Program-made: the position numbers and the translations under genes
Assembly (NCBI GenBank): GCA_013374835.1
Contig: CP055307.1
Location: forward strand, 407,315-471,314
DNA: 64,000 nucleotides
Direction: 5' to 3'
Origin: Candidatus Woesebacteria bacterium
GTDB taxonomy: Bacteria > Patescibacteriota > Microgenomatia > UBA8517
Part shown: piece after piece, positions 18,433-26,877 of the stretch
Layout: each line of letters starts with the position of its first letter
Position numbering within the stretch: position 1 is the first letter of the stretch
The notes under the pieces: model-generated
Databases searched by the model: none
The model's input: only the letters and a program-made list of their open reading frames with translations
What the model was told of the DNA's origin: nothing

Positions 18433-19218
18433 ATGAACAATAAAAGTAATAGTATTAGTTTTAGATCAAAATATTTTTGGGTATTTTCACTAATAGCTTT
18501 TCTTCTTGTTTCGATATTTGTCGCCGCTTACATGGTTCAGAGGTCGCGAGAGACCAGAAAGTCCGCTGCTGCCGGTACGGCGAGTATAACTATCAGCCCT
18601 CAAAGCTCCAATCTTGGTTATGGCCAGAATAATACTTATACCGTAAAGGTTAATTCGTCAAATACAAGTGAGAAGATACTATTTATTAGACTGGATCTTA
18701 CTTTTGATAAAAATTTGGTGAATCTTGTAAGCCTTGAGCCTTTGGGCAGTTTTATAATTCCAGAAAGATCGAATGGTAATAAGCTTGTTTCCAGCGTAGA
18801 AGAGGCTAATACTAGCGGCGCTTTTTATATAGTTTTGACTATGCCTCAGGATAAATTAAGCCAGGCTCCGAGTGGATCTTTTGATGCTGCGAGATTTACG
18901 CTTAAGTCAGTAAAGAATGAAAGCGGCAGCACAAAGGTTAATTTTAATACAAATAATATGCAAGTTGTGAGTAATAATCAAAACGAGAATGATCGTGAAT
19001 TAAATATTCAAGTACAATCGGCAGATATTACCCTTCTTTCAACCGGTTCTACTGCTTCACCAAGCGGATCTGCTAGACCCTCTGTTTCACCTAGCGCATC
19101 ACCTACAGCTACTCCACTTCCTAGCGTTGATCCTAGGGCAGATATTGATCAAAATGGAGTGATAAATCTTCTTGATTACATCATACTTTTGGAAAATTTT
19201 GGTAGAAAAGTTCAGTGA
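18433..19218 (+). CDS. Cohesin-like protein with N-terminal TM, Ser/Pro linker and a single divergent dockerin repeat
   Basis: YTVKVN..IRLDLTFDKNLV..AARFTLK beta-sandwich pattern; ADIDQNGVINLLDYIILLENFG. Confidence 0.7.
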   Translation: MNNKSNSISFRSKYFWVFSLIAFLLVSIFVAAYMVQRSRETRKSAAAGTASITISPQSSNLGYGQNNTYTVKVNSSNTSEKILFIRLDLTFDKNLVNLVSLEPLGSFIIPERSNGNKLVSSVEEANTSGAFYIVLTMPQDKLSQAPSGSFDAARFTLKSVKNESGSTKVNFNTNNMQVVSNNQNENDRELNIQVQSADITLLSTGSTASPSGSARPSVSPSASPTATPLPSVDPRADIDQNGVINLLDYIILLENFGRKVQ

Positions 19219-19265
19219 GATTGTTGCAAGGGACAATTTCTTGACGACATAAATTTAATTTATAT

Positions 19266-19883
19266 ATGGGTAAAATTAACAAAAATACAGTTCTAGCTCT
19301 TATAACTTTTGTTTTGGTTTTTCTTATTTTGATACTTTCTTATCTTCTTTTGTTGCTTAAGAATGAAGGGAGCTCCGATAATATTAGTGGAAGCAACAAT
19401 TATAAAAAACAGCCAGTTGATATTAATATCCAGGGTAAGTATCTGCCGGTACAGCTTAGCGTAAATAGCGATGAATGGATGCCGGGTGAGATAAATCAAC
19501 TTTATGTATATCTTGCAAACGGCGAAGATCCTCTTTATCCGGATGCTTTTACTTTAAATATTAAATATGATCCTGAGATGGTTAAGCTTGTTAGGATAAA
19601 TAAAGGATATTTGTGGTCTGGTGTAAATGTGATTGAGGAGACTATTGATGAAGATAGAGGAATGGTGGTTGTCAGCCATGGAGCTTCTTTTGATTCGGAG
19701 GTGGTTGGTGGTGTGCAGCTTGTGATTTTGGATTTTGAAGCGATTTCCGGAGCGAGCGGGGAAACGTCCGTAAGCATTGAGAGTGGATCTGAAGCCGGCA
19801 AGGTTGGCTTAGATTATCTTTATCCGATAATTTCGGAGCCTGTGTTTTTTAGCATATCTGAAAATACTGCCCATGAAGACTAA
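19266..19883 (+). CDS. Membrane-anchored cohesin-like protein
   Basis: N-terminal TM; AFTLNIKYDPEMVKL..G.VVVS..LVILDFEA cohesin pattern. Confidence 0.7.
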   Translation: MGKINKNTVLALITFVLVFLILILSYLLLLLKNEGSSDNISGSNNYKKQPVDINIQGKYLPVQLSVNSDEWMPGEINQLYVYLANGEDPLYPDAFTLNIKYDPEMVKLVRINKGYLWSGVNVIEETIDEDRGMVVVSHGASFDSEVVGGVQLVILDFEAISGASGETSVSIESGSEAGKVGLDYLYPIISEPVFFSISENTAHED

Positions 19884-20646
19884 ATATGCAGTTGCTTTAA
19901 TATCGATTTTAATTCTTGTTGGGGGGATAGTTTTAGGAGCGGTTTTGATAAGAAGCCAGGTGGGTAAAAGGGGAAAGGCGGCTCCTTCTACTTCGTTATC
20001 CATAACAGGCCCTTTGCAGACGATTTATCAGGGGCAGGAGTTTACTTCTACGATTAATATCGCAACGGGAGAAAACTATGTAGCAGGAACCGAGCTTTTA
20101 ATAAGATTTGATCCTAGTGTTCTTGAGGTTATATCAATAACGCCATCAAGTTTTTTGGTGCCTGCGGACACTGTAGGACCTGTTATTGACAACCAGGCGG
20201 GGACAGTTTACTTTGTAATACTTCTTCCACCAGGGGTTGAACCAAAGCAAGGAAGTGGTGAGCTTGCGAGTATGAAGATAAAGGCAAAGTCTCCTGGTAC
20301 GAGCCAGCTTTCGTTTGATAGCGGGGGGACTTTGGCTGTTGCCCTTCATGAGGGAGGGCAGAATGTGATACAAAATCTGTCTCCTACTACTATTACGGTT
20401 GCCAGTAGCACCGGTGGCGGAGATACGAAACCGTCGCCTTCACCTACTCCTGAACCTACGGATACTCCTACACCTAGTCCAACTGCAAGTCCTACTTCGG
20501 CTTTGTCTTCGAGTGCGAGTCCTACCTCTTCTCCTACCATCCCTCCAATATCGGAGATCCCAGATACAGGCGTTTCTTTGCCTACGATTGTAGGTTTTGG
20601 AGTGGGACTTATGCTTATTGTCGGATCTTTTGTTTTGTTTTATTAA
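19873..20646 (+). CDS. Cohesin-like protein with Pro/Thr stalk and IPDTG + hydrophobic C-terminus
   Basis: GQEFT..INI..GTELLIRFDPSVLEV..GSGELASMKIKAK; IPDTG followed by a TM helix. Confidence 0.75.
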   Translation: MKTKYAVALISILILVGGIVLGAVLIRSQVGKRGKAAPSTSLSITGPLQTIYQGQEFTSTINIATGENYVAGTELLIRFDPSVLEVISITPSSFLVPADTVGPVIDNQAGTVYFVILLPPGVEPKQGSGELASMKIKAKSPGTSQLSFDSGGTLAVALHEGGQNVIQNLSPTTITVASSTGGGDTKPSPSPTPEPTDTPTPSPTASPTSALSSSASPTSSPTIPPISEIPDTGVSLPTIVGFGVGLMLIVGSFVLFY

Positions 20647-20658
20647 AATGCGAATTGG

Positions 20659-20877
20659 ATGTTAAGAAATAAAGTAATTATTGTACAAAGTATATTAATT
20701 TTGCTTCTTCTAATTGTTGGTTGGTTTTTTTGGGGACGAGTACAAAAAGCCAATATAGCTTTAAAGGATGTCCAAAAGCTGGAGGATGAGAAGCAGAGAT
20801 GTTCTGATTTTTTGAGCGAAGGGAGCGGAGAATTCGGGGAATTTCAGTATTGCAACAGGCTTCTTCAAAATTTTTAA
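20659..20877 (+). CDS. Small membrane-anchored hypothetical protein
   Basis: 72 aa, N-terminal TM, two Cys. Confidence 0.6.
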   Translation: MLRNKVIIVQSILILLLLIVGWFFWGRVQKANIALKDVQKLEDEKQRCSDFLSEGSGEFGEFQYCNRLLQNF

Positions 20878-20895
20878 GATACTGTATTTTTTTAT

Positions 20896-21510
20896 TTAGA
20901 AAAGGGCTGTCTGTTGAGTTGTTTCTCCCTCGTCTGGATAGCTGAAATCAACATTGATTTGACGTGGTGTGTTCCATTTATCTTTGAAATGAAGAGTATT
21001 CTTTTTTAAGCCAAAGTCGTATATTTCTTTTGTAATGATTACATCCATTTCACAGTATTTTTGAAGTTTTTTAAGGCTTTTGGGATCTCCTTTTTTCCAG
21101 TAGAGAACTGCGTTTGTGCCTATATCGTTTTTTCCTTTTTTTAGTGTTTCTTTGGCTATATCGTCAAGCCTTATCCTTTTGCCGAATGATTCTTTAATCT
21201 TTTCGAGGATGTCGAAATGATTGAACTTAAGAAGCGGTATTTTGGTATAAGGTTGAAGGACGGCGATGTCAAATTTTATACTGTTAAATCCTATTATTCT
21301 GTCTGCTGTTTGGAATATTGGCCATATCTGATCAAGAGAATCGTGCCAGAAACTAACAAGCCTTCCTTCTAGCTCGTTGTAGTTGCTGTCAATAATTCTT
21401 TCGTATATTGATACAATTGAAACTCCGAGAAGCGAGGGGTTTTCCTCTTTAACTTCGTTAAAAAGTTTTTGGGTTTCCAGATCGAATATAACTTCCTTTT
21501 TCGTTATCAT
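20896..21510 (-). CDS. RNase H-like (YprB/RNase_H_2) exonuclease domain protein
   Basis: FDLET, IIGFNSIKFD, KYCEMDV. Confidence 0.85.
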   Translation of the reverse strand: MITKKEVIFDLETQKLFNEVKEENPSLLGVSIVSIYERIIDSNYNELEGRLVSFWHDSLDQIWPIFQTADRIIGFNSIKFDIAVLQPYTKIPLLKFNHFDILEKIKESFGKRIRLDDIAKETLKKGKNDIGTNAVLYWKKGDPKSLKKLQKYCEMDVIITKEIYDFGLKKNTLHFKDKWNTPRQINVDFSYPDEGETTQQTALF

Positions 21511-21552
21511 GTAAATAATCATTATATTTATGAGGTTTGGTGTAAATCAAGT

Positions 21553-22191
21553 ATGTTTTATTTATTTATAGCAATTATTCTGGAGTTTAGTCTTATATAT
21601 TTTTTTTCCAAGAGAGCTTTTTATGGTTTTAGAAGGGTTTTTTTAAGATTATTCGGTGGGTTTATATCCGAGTATTTTGTTTATTTTTTTTATCTCCCTG
21701 GGGTTTTGGTGCATGAATTGGCTCATTATTTTTCCGCGAAGATATTGGGTGTGCGCGTAGGCAGGTTAAGAATTTTTCCTATTGGGTATGTGGAAATTGA
21801 AAAAAGAGATTTTTTGAGGATGTCTCTAGTAGCTTTGTCTCCTTTTTTGATTGGGGTCGGTTTTATTTTTTTGACAACGTATTTATTTATGGCTGAGAGT
21901 GTTTTTGAAAGCTTTTGGGGAAGATTTTTTTTTGTGTATATTATTTTTGTAATTTCGAATACAATGTTTCTTAGTAAATCGGATATAAAGAGTTCATGGT
22001 TATTGGTGGTTTTTGTCGTTGTCGCAAGCTTTATAATTTTAAAGATTTATGGATTTGAAGGCGGTTTGATTTACAGTGGATTTGTGATAGCATTTAAATA
22101 CTTATTAATAGTAATTATAATTAATTTAGCACTATTATTTTTATTATCGTGTGATATACTTTTATCATGGTTGCAAAGAAGCCTGAAATAG
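21553..22191 (+). CDS. Membrane protein with HExxH (M50-like metallopeptidase)
   Basis: PGVLVHELAH within a multi-TM protein. Confidence 0.7.
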   Translation: MFYLFIAIILEFSLIYFFSKRAFYGFRRVFLRLFGGFISEYFVYFFYLPGVLVHELAHYFSAKILGVRVGRLRIFPIGYVEIEKRDFLRMSLVALSPFLIGVGFIFLTTYLFMAESVFESFWGRFFFVYIIFVISNTMFLSKSDIKSSWLLVVFVVVASFIILKIYGFEGGLIYSGFVIAFKYLLIVIIINLALLFLLSCDILLSWLQRSLK

Positions 22192-22805
22192 GCAAAACGA
22201 AGAAAAAAATAAACTTAAGCTTTTTAAAGAACAATAAAAAGTTTATTGTGATATTGGTGTTTCTTCTTCTTGCTTTTGGGGTATATTATTTTAAGAGTTT
22301 GTTTGTGGCGGCTACTGTCAACGGACTTCCGATTAGAAGATATAGTGTGATAAACCAGCTTGAAGATTTGTATGGACAGCAGGTTCTTGATTCTTTGATT
22401 ACAAAAGAGCTTATAAAACAGGAAGCGAGAAATAAGAATATAACGGTTAATGATTCAGAGCTTGATCAGGAGATTTCTAATATTGAAAAGCAGTTTTCGG
22501 CTAGCGGGCAGAGTTTGGATGATACATTGGCGCTTCAGAATATGTCCAGAGAAACTTTTAGGGAACAAATATTTTTACAGAAGTTAGTAGAAAAACTTCT
22601 TGGGGATAAAATTAATGTCGCGGATGAGGAAGTAGATAAATATATTGAGGAGAATAAAGAATTTTTCCCAGAGGGGAGCGATCCGGATGCGCTGAGGGAG
22701 GACGTATTTAACCAGCTTAAGCAGGATAAGTTGTCAACCGAGTTTCAGACTTGGATACAAGAAATTAGGCAGAATTCTAGTATCAACTACTTCGTAGAGT
22801 ATTAA
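22167..22805 (+). CDS. SurA N-terminal domain / PrsA-like extracytoplasmic chaperone
   Basis: TM then VAATVNG, VLDSLITKELIKQEA; no parvulin domain visible. Confidence 0.8.
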   Translation: MVAKKPEIGKTKKKINLSFLKNNKKFIVILVFLLLAFGVYYFKSLFVAATVNGLPIRRYSVINQLEDLYGQQVLDSLITKELIKQEARNKNITVNDSELDQEISNIEKQFSASGQSLDDTLALQNMSRETFREQIFLQKLVEKLLGDKINVADEEVDKYIEENKEFFPEGSDPDALREDVFNQLKQDKLSTEFQTWIQEIRQNSSINYFVEY

Positions 22806-23846
22806 TTCGGGAAGAAGGGGTTTGTTTTTTATTTTCTTTATTGTTTCTGGTTTTTTGGGGTCTCCTTTTATTTTGGGTATTTTTATTATTTCATTGTAAA
22901 CCGGCTTATATGATCCATCGGGATTTTTCCAAGAAAATTGTTTAAAAGGATGGCTATTATAGTTTAATACGAAGGGTGTAACTGCTATTATTTGTTTATC
23001 CTGCCATGCTTTTTCAAATGCTTGTTTCAAGTAAGAGGGGTAGTCTGCTTTGCTACAACCCCAGCCTGTTTCCGTGATAAATATGGGTATATCTTGGGGA
23101 AGATTGAAGTTTTTGAGAAAATTAAGCTCCCAGAGGAATCCTCTTACGCTATTTTTGCCTGAATCGTTGGGAGATCCGCAGAAATCGGGATTGGGATAGG
23201 AATGGGATGTCCAGCCGTCGAATATTGTAAATATTAAGTTATCGAATTCATACATGGCGCGAAAATAGTTTTCTACTTTCATTGTTTCATTTGAATCGGG
23301 AGCCGACAAATCAAATCCTGCAGGCAGAACAAAAAAATCGTCTGACTCTTTTTTGAATTCTTCCCAGTAAATACGGGATATTTTTGCATATTCTTCAGGT
23401 GAAATTTCATTGCCCCATTCTTTTTTATGATTGGGTTCGTTAAAGAGAATAACGTACTTATTTTTAGTTGGCCATGGTAGTTTATTTAAAAAGTTTGCCC
23501 ATTTTTTCGATTCTTCGGCTTTTGGTTTTTCCCAGTTTCCTGATTGGTTTATGGTGGTTGCGATCCTTACAAGGGGAATGAGTTTGAGATTGTTGATTTT
23601 ATTAAACACTTGTTGCCATCTTTTAAGATCTCTTTCATCCTCCCTTATCACCATGGTTACATAGCCCCACTCTCCACCTTTGCTGTTTACTAAATTTGCG
23701 GCGTCTTCAAGATCGTTTTCATCTATAATGTGAATTCCAAATTTATTGTTTGGCCTTTCTGCAGGATTTTCGATGGCGTGAGTAATACTTGGTTTCACAA
23801 AAAGAAAAACCAGTGTAAGACTAAAAAAACACAGTCTTTTGATCAT
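22734..23846 (-). CDS. Secreted clan GH-A glycoside hydrolase-like protein
   Basis: Signal peptide; ILFNEPN acid/base, SHSYP, IFITETGW nucleophile. Confidence 0.75.
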   Translation of the reverse strand: MIKRLCFFSLTLVFLFVKPSITHAIENPAERPNNKFGIHIIDENDLEDAANLVNSKGGEWGYVTMVIREDERDLKRWQQVFNKINNLKLIPLVRIATTINQSGNWEKPKAEESKKWANFLNKLPWPTKNKYVILFNEPNHKKEWGNEISPEEYAKISRIYWEEFKKESDDFFVLPAGFDLSAPDSNETMKVENYFRAMYEFDNLIFTIFDGWTSHSYPNPDFCGSPNDSGKNSVRGFLWELNFLKNFNLPQDIPIFITETGWGCSKADYPSYLKQAFEKAWQDKQIIAVTPFVLNYNSHPFKQFSWKNPDGSYKPVYNEIIKIPKIKGDPKKPETIKKIKNKPLLPELILYEVVDTRILPNFLYPSLKLG

Positions 23847-23870
23847 GGCTTATATTATATAATATGAAAG

Positions 23871-24557
23871 TTGATGTTTCTTTTGATTGATAAACCAAGG
23901 GGGGTTACGAGCCATGATGTAGTAACGCAGATAAGGCGGATAACAGGCGAGAAAAAGATCGGCCATGGAGGCACTCTTGACCCAAATGCCACGGGACTTT
24001 TAATTATTGGCATAGGCAGAGAATCTACTAAAAAACTTTCCGAGTTTTCGGATAATTCTGATAAGAAATACAAGGCTAATATTATCTTAGGAGAGGAGAG
24101 GGATACTGATGATGCCGAGGGAACAAAAATAACAAAGCCCAAACCCCAAACATCAAACAACACTAAGATTACAATTTCAAAAATTAAAAATGTTTTAGCA
24201 TCATTTTTGGGTGAGCAAGAGCAGGTGCCGCCTATTTATTCCGCAATTAAGGTTAAGGGAAAGAAAGCATATGAATTAGCAAGAAAGGGTGAAAAGTTTG
24301 AGCTTAAACCAAGAAAAGTAAACATTTATGACATTAGACTTATTAGATATGAATATCCTTATTTAGAGATTTTTGTCAGAGTTTCCAGTGGAACTTATAT
24401 AAGGGCACTTGCTCGAGATATAGGAAGAAAGCTTAAAGTGGGGGCTTATTTGTTTTCGCTTCGAAGAATCGGAATTTCAAACTTCAGCGTTGACATGGCT
24501 GTTGATTTAAACAGTTTAAATGAGCATAATTGGAGAGATTATCTTATATCATTATGA
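23871..24557 (+). CDS. truB: tRNA pseudouridine(55) synthase
   Basis: GHGGTLDPNATG, PPIYSAIK, SSGTYIRALARD. Confidence 0.95.
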   Translation: MMFLLIDKPRGVTSHDVVTQIRRITGEKKIGHGGTLDPNATGLLIIGIGRESTKKLSEFSDNSDKKYKANIILGEERDTDDAEGTKITKPKPQTSNNTKITISKIKNVLASFLGEQEQVPPIYSAIKVKGKKAYELARKGEKFELKPRKVNIYDIRLIRYEYPYLEIFVRVSSGTYIRALARDIGRKLKVGAYLFSLRRIGISNFSVDMAVDLNSLNEHNWRDYLISL

Positions 24558-25294
24558 AAATATTAAGTGCGGCATTATTGGGAGTGCTTCAGGGTTTTAG
24601 CGAATTTTTGCCGATTTCTTCATCGGGGCATCTTGTTATTGCGCAGTCTTTGATTGAGGGTTTCGAGCAACCGGGAGTACTTTTTGATGTTTTTCTTCAT
24701 TTGGCTACTTCTTTTGCTATTATTATTTATTTTAGAAATAAGATAAGAAATATTGATTTCAAGTATTTGGTGTTAATTGTTGTTGGCAGTTTGCCTGCAT
24801 TTATATTTGGATTTTTGTTTAGAGATAATTTGATAGGTTTATTTAAAAGCGTGAGAGTGGTGGGAGTAGGATTAATTGTTACGTCTATATTAAACTTTTC
24901 TACAGACAGGTTTTATTCTAAAAGGACATTAATAGGCAGGATAGACGCATTTATAATAGGATTTTTCCAAGCTTTTGCAATAATACCAGGAGTTTCAAGA
25001 TCCGGATCGACGATATTTGCCGGCACTTATCTTGGAATTGAGAGAGAAAAATCTGCATATTTTTCTTTTCTTCTTTCGATACCCGCAATTTTTGGAGCAA
25101 GTGTTTATGAGCTTATTTCCTATACAGGCAGTTTTGATGGTTTAAGTAGTTTTTATTTTGTCGGTTTTTTGGCAGCTTTTTTGTCATCTTTGGTTGCAAT
25201 AAATTTTGTTTTGAGGTTTCTTAATATGAAGCTGTTTAAAATTTTTTCATTGTATACTTTTATACTTGGGTTGCTTGCGATTTTTGTGTTTTAG
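24554..25294 (+). CDS. uppP: Undecaprenyl-diphosphate phosphatase
   Basis: QGFSEFLPISSSGHL, PGVSRSGST. Confidence 0.95.
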   Translation: MKILSAALLGVLQGFSEFLPISSSGHLVIAQSLIEGFEQPGVLFDVFLHLATSFAIIIYFRNKIRNIDFKYLVLIVVGSLPAFIFGFLFRDNLIGLFKSVRVVGVGLIVTSILNFSTDRFYSKRTLIGRIDAFIIGFFQAFAIIPGVSRSGSTIFAGTYLGIEREKSAYFSFLLSIPAIFGASVYELISYTGSFDGLSSFYFVGFLAAFLSSLVAINFVLRFLNMKLFKIFSLYTFILGLLAIFVF

Positions 25295-25650
25295 AGCGGG
25301 AGTTTGGTTGCAAAAAGAGCAATGCCTACAATAATTGAGAGTGCGGCGGCGATAAGAACTGCTGCTGCTGAGACGTCTTTTGCGATTTTTGCTTTTGGTT
25401 TTATCTCCGGGCTAACCATATCTACTATGGCTTCGAGAGAGGTGTTAAAAAGTTCAAGAATGAGAACAAAGGCTATGGTAAAGGTAAGAAGTAACCATTC
25501 AAAAGTGTTAAAGCCGGATAGCCATGCGGCGATAATCATGATTATTCCGATAATTGTATGTATTTGAAAATTCGGCTCGTTTTTTAGCGCTTCTTTGAAT
25601 CCTTGTGATGCAAATCCAAAGCTTTTATAAAGTGATCTTGTTTTACTCAT
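25291..25650 (-). CDS. dgkA: Diacylglycerol/undecaprenol kinase family protein
   Basis: EPNFQIH, ELFNTSLEAIVD, AKIAKDVSAAAVL. Confidence 0.85.
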   Translation of the reverse strand: MSKTRSLYKSFGFASQGFKEALKNEPNFQIHTIIGIIMIIAAWLSGFNTFEWLLLTFTIAFVLILELFNTSLEAIVDMVSPEIKPKAKIAKDVSAAAVLIAAALSIIVGIALFATKLPL

Positions 25651-25703
25651 TGTCTCAGTATAATCTTTTTGTTTTGGGTTTGAAAGATTTATGTTAGGAT
25701 TAA

Positions 25704-26390
25704 TTGATGATAATAAAGCTAAATAAAAAGTTTACCTTTTTGTTTTTGGCGCCTTTAATGCTTTTGTTTGCTTTTGGGGTGGTAATAAGAAGTTTGGGAT
25801 TAACGACTCCTAATGTAGCCTCGATAGTTTATGATTATAATGGGGCAATTGCCGAGGATGAGACAAAAGGTCTTTATCATGGGGATTTTTATCAGATACC
25901 CGATGAATTGTTGGTTTATGAGGAATGGGAAAGTGTGCTTGGAATTGCCAATCCGTCAAGTAAATGGATTGAGGTGGATTTGTCCGATCAAAAGTTAAAA
26001 GCTTGGGATGGGAATGTGCTTTTTCTTGAGAGTGCTGTTTCTACAGGGCTTCCTTGGTGGCCTACACCTACGGGGGAGTTTAGAATATGGGTGAAGCTTA
26101 GGGCTACTAAGATGGAGGGTGGGCAAGGAAGATATTATTATAATTTGCCTAATGTTCCTTATGTAATGTTTTTTGAAAATGAGAATGTCCCTGGCTGGAG
26201 AGGATATGGTCTTCATGGAACTTATTGGCACAATGATTTTGGAACGCCGAGAAGCCATGGTTGTGTGAATTTGCCGACAAATGTTGCCCGAGAGCTTTAT
26301 TATTGGGCATTTCCCGAGCTTCCTTCGGGAAAAACATCTGTTTTTTCAAGCCCCGGCAATCCGGGTACTCGCGTAGTGATACATGATTGA
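25704..26390 (+). CDS. L,D-transpeptidase (YkuD) family protein
   Basis: IEVDLSDQ, TPTGEF, LHGTYWH..SHGCVN; start codon uncertain. Confidence 0.9.
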   Translation: MMIIKLNKKFTFLFLAPLMLLFAFGVVIRSLGLTTPNVASIVYDYNGAIAEDETKGLYHGDFYQIPDELLVYEEWESVLGIANPSSKWIEVDLSDQKLKAWDGNVLFLESAVSTGLPWWPTPTGEFRIWVKLRATKMEGGQGRYYYNLPNVPYVMFFENENVPGWRGYGLHGTYWHNDFGTPRSHGCVNLPTNVARELYYWAFPELPSGKTSVFSSPGNPGTRVVIHD

Positions 26391-26832
26391 AAATTTTTTA
26401 ATCAATTTTTTTAATACTTACGGCGCTTTTTTGGTAATTATTTTTGCTTTTTTTTACTTAATAATGGCTGATGGAAGCCGGCTTGTTATTTTTTTCATTG
26501 CAATGGCAGCTACCGTATTTTTTACCTCATTGATAAAAGAGCTTTTTTTATTGCCGAGACCGTTTTTTTTGAATGGAAACTTTCCATCTGCTGGTTTGAA
26601 CTCGTTTTCAGGGTTCCCTTCACTTCATACTTCCATAAGTTTTTCGGCTTCGACTTTTGTATTTTTTGTTAATCAGAAGTTTGGTATAATAAGTTTTCTT
26701 GTATCTTTAATTTTTGGTATAGGCAGGATTTATTCTAATGTCCATTATCCGATTGATATATTAATAGGTGCTTTTTTGGGAATATTTGTAGCTTTGTTTT
26801 TTGAAAACATCAGGATTAAAAAAAGAACTTGA
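26383..26832 (+). CDS. PAP2 family phosphatase
   Basis: K....PRP, FPSLH, RIYSNVHYPID. Confidence 0.9.
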   Translation: MIENFLINFFNTYGAFLVIIFAFFYLIMADGSRLVIFFIAMAATVFFTSLIKELFLLPRPFFLNGNFPSAGLNSFSGFPSLHTSISFSASTFVFFVNQKFGIISFLVSLIFGIGRIYSNVHYPIDILIGAFLGIFVALFFENIRIKKRT

Positions 26833-26862
26833 CATGTAGCACTCATTATATTAGACTGCTAA
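26829..26862 (+). promoter_or_regulatory. Sigma-70 promoter overlapped by a CIRCE (HrcA) operator
   Basis: TTGACA 26829-26834, 17 bp, TAGACT 26852-26857; gTAGCACTC-N9-GAcTGCTAA at 26836-26862. Confidence 0.85.
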
Positions 26863-26877
26863 CATTGAATTAAGATT

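Noticed and set aside
22734-23846. GH-A hydrolase as a member of the dockerin complex
   Set aside because: No dockerin, opposite strand, and separated from the array by unrelated genes
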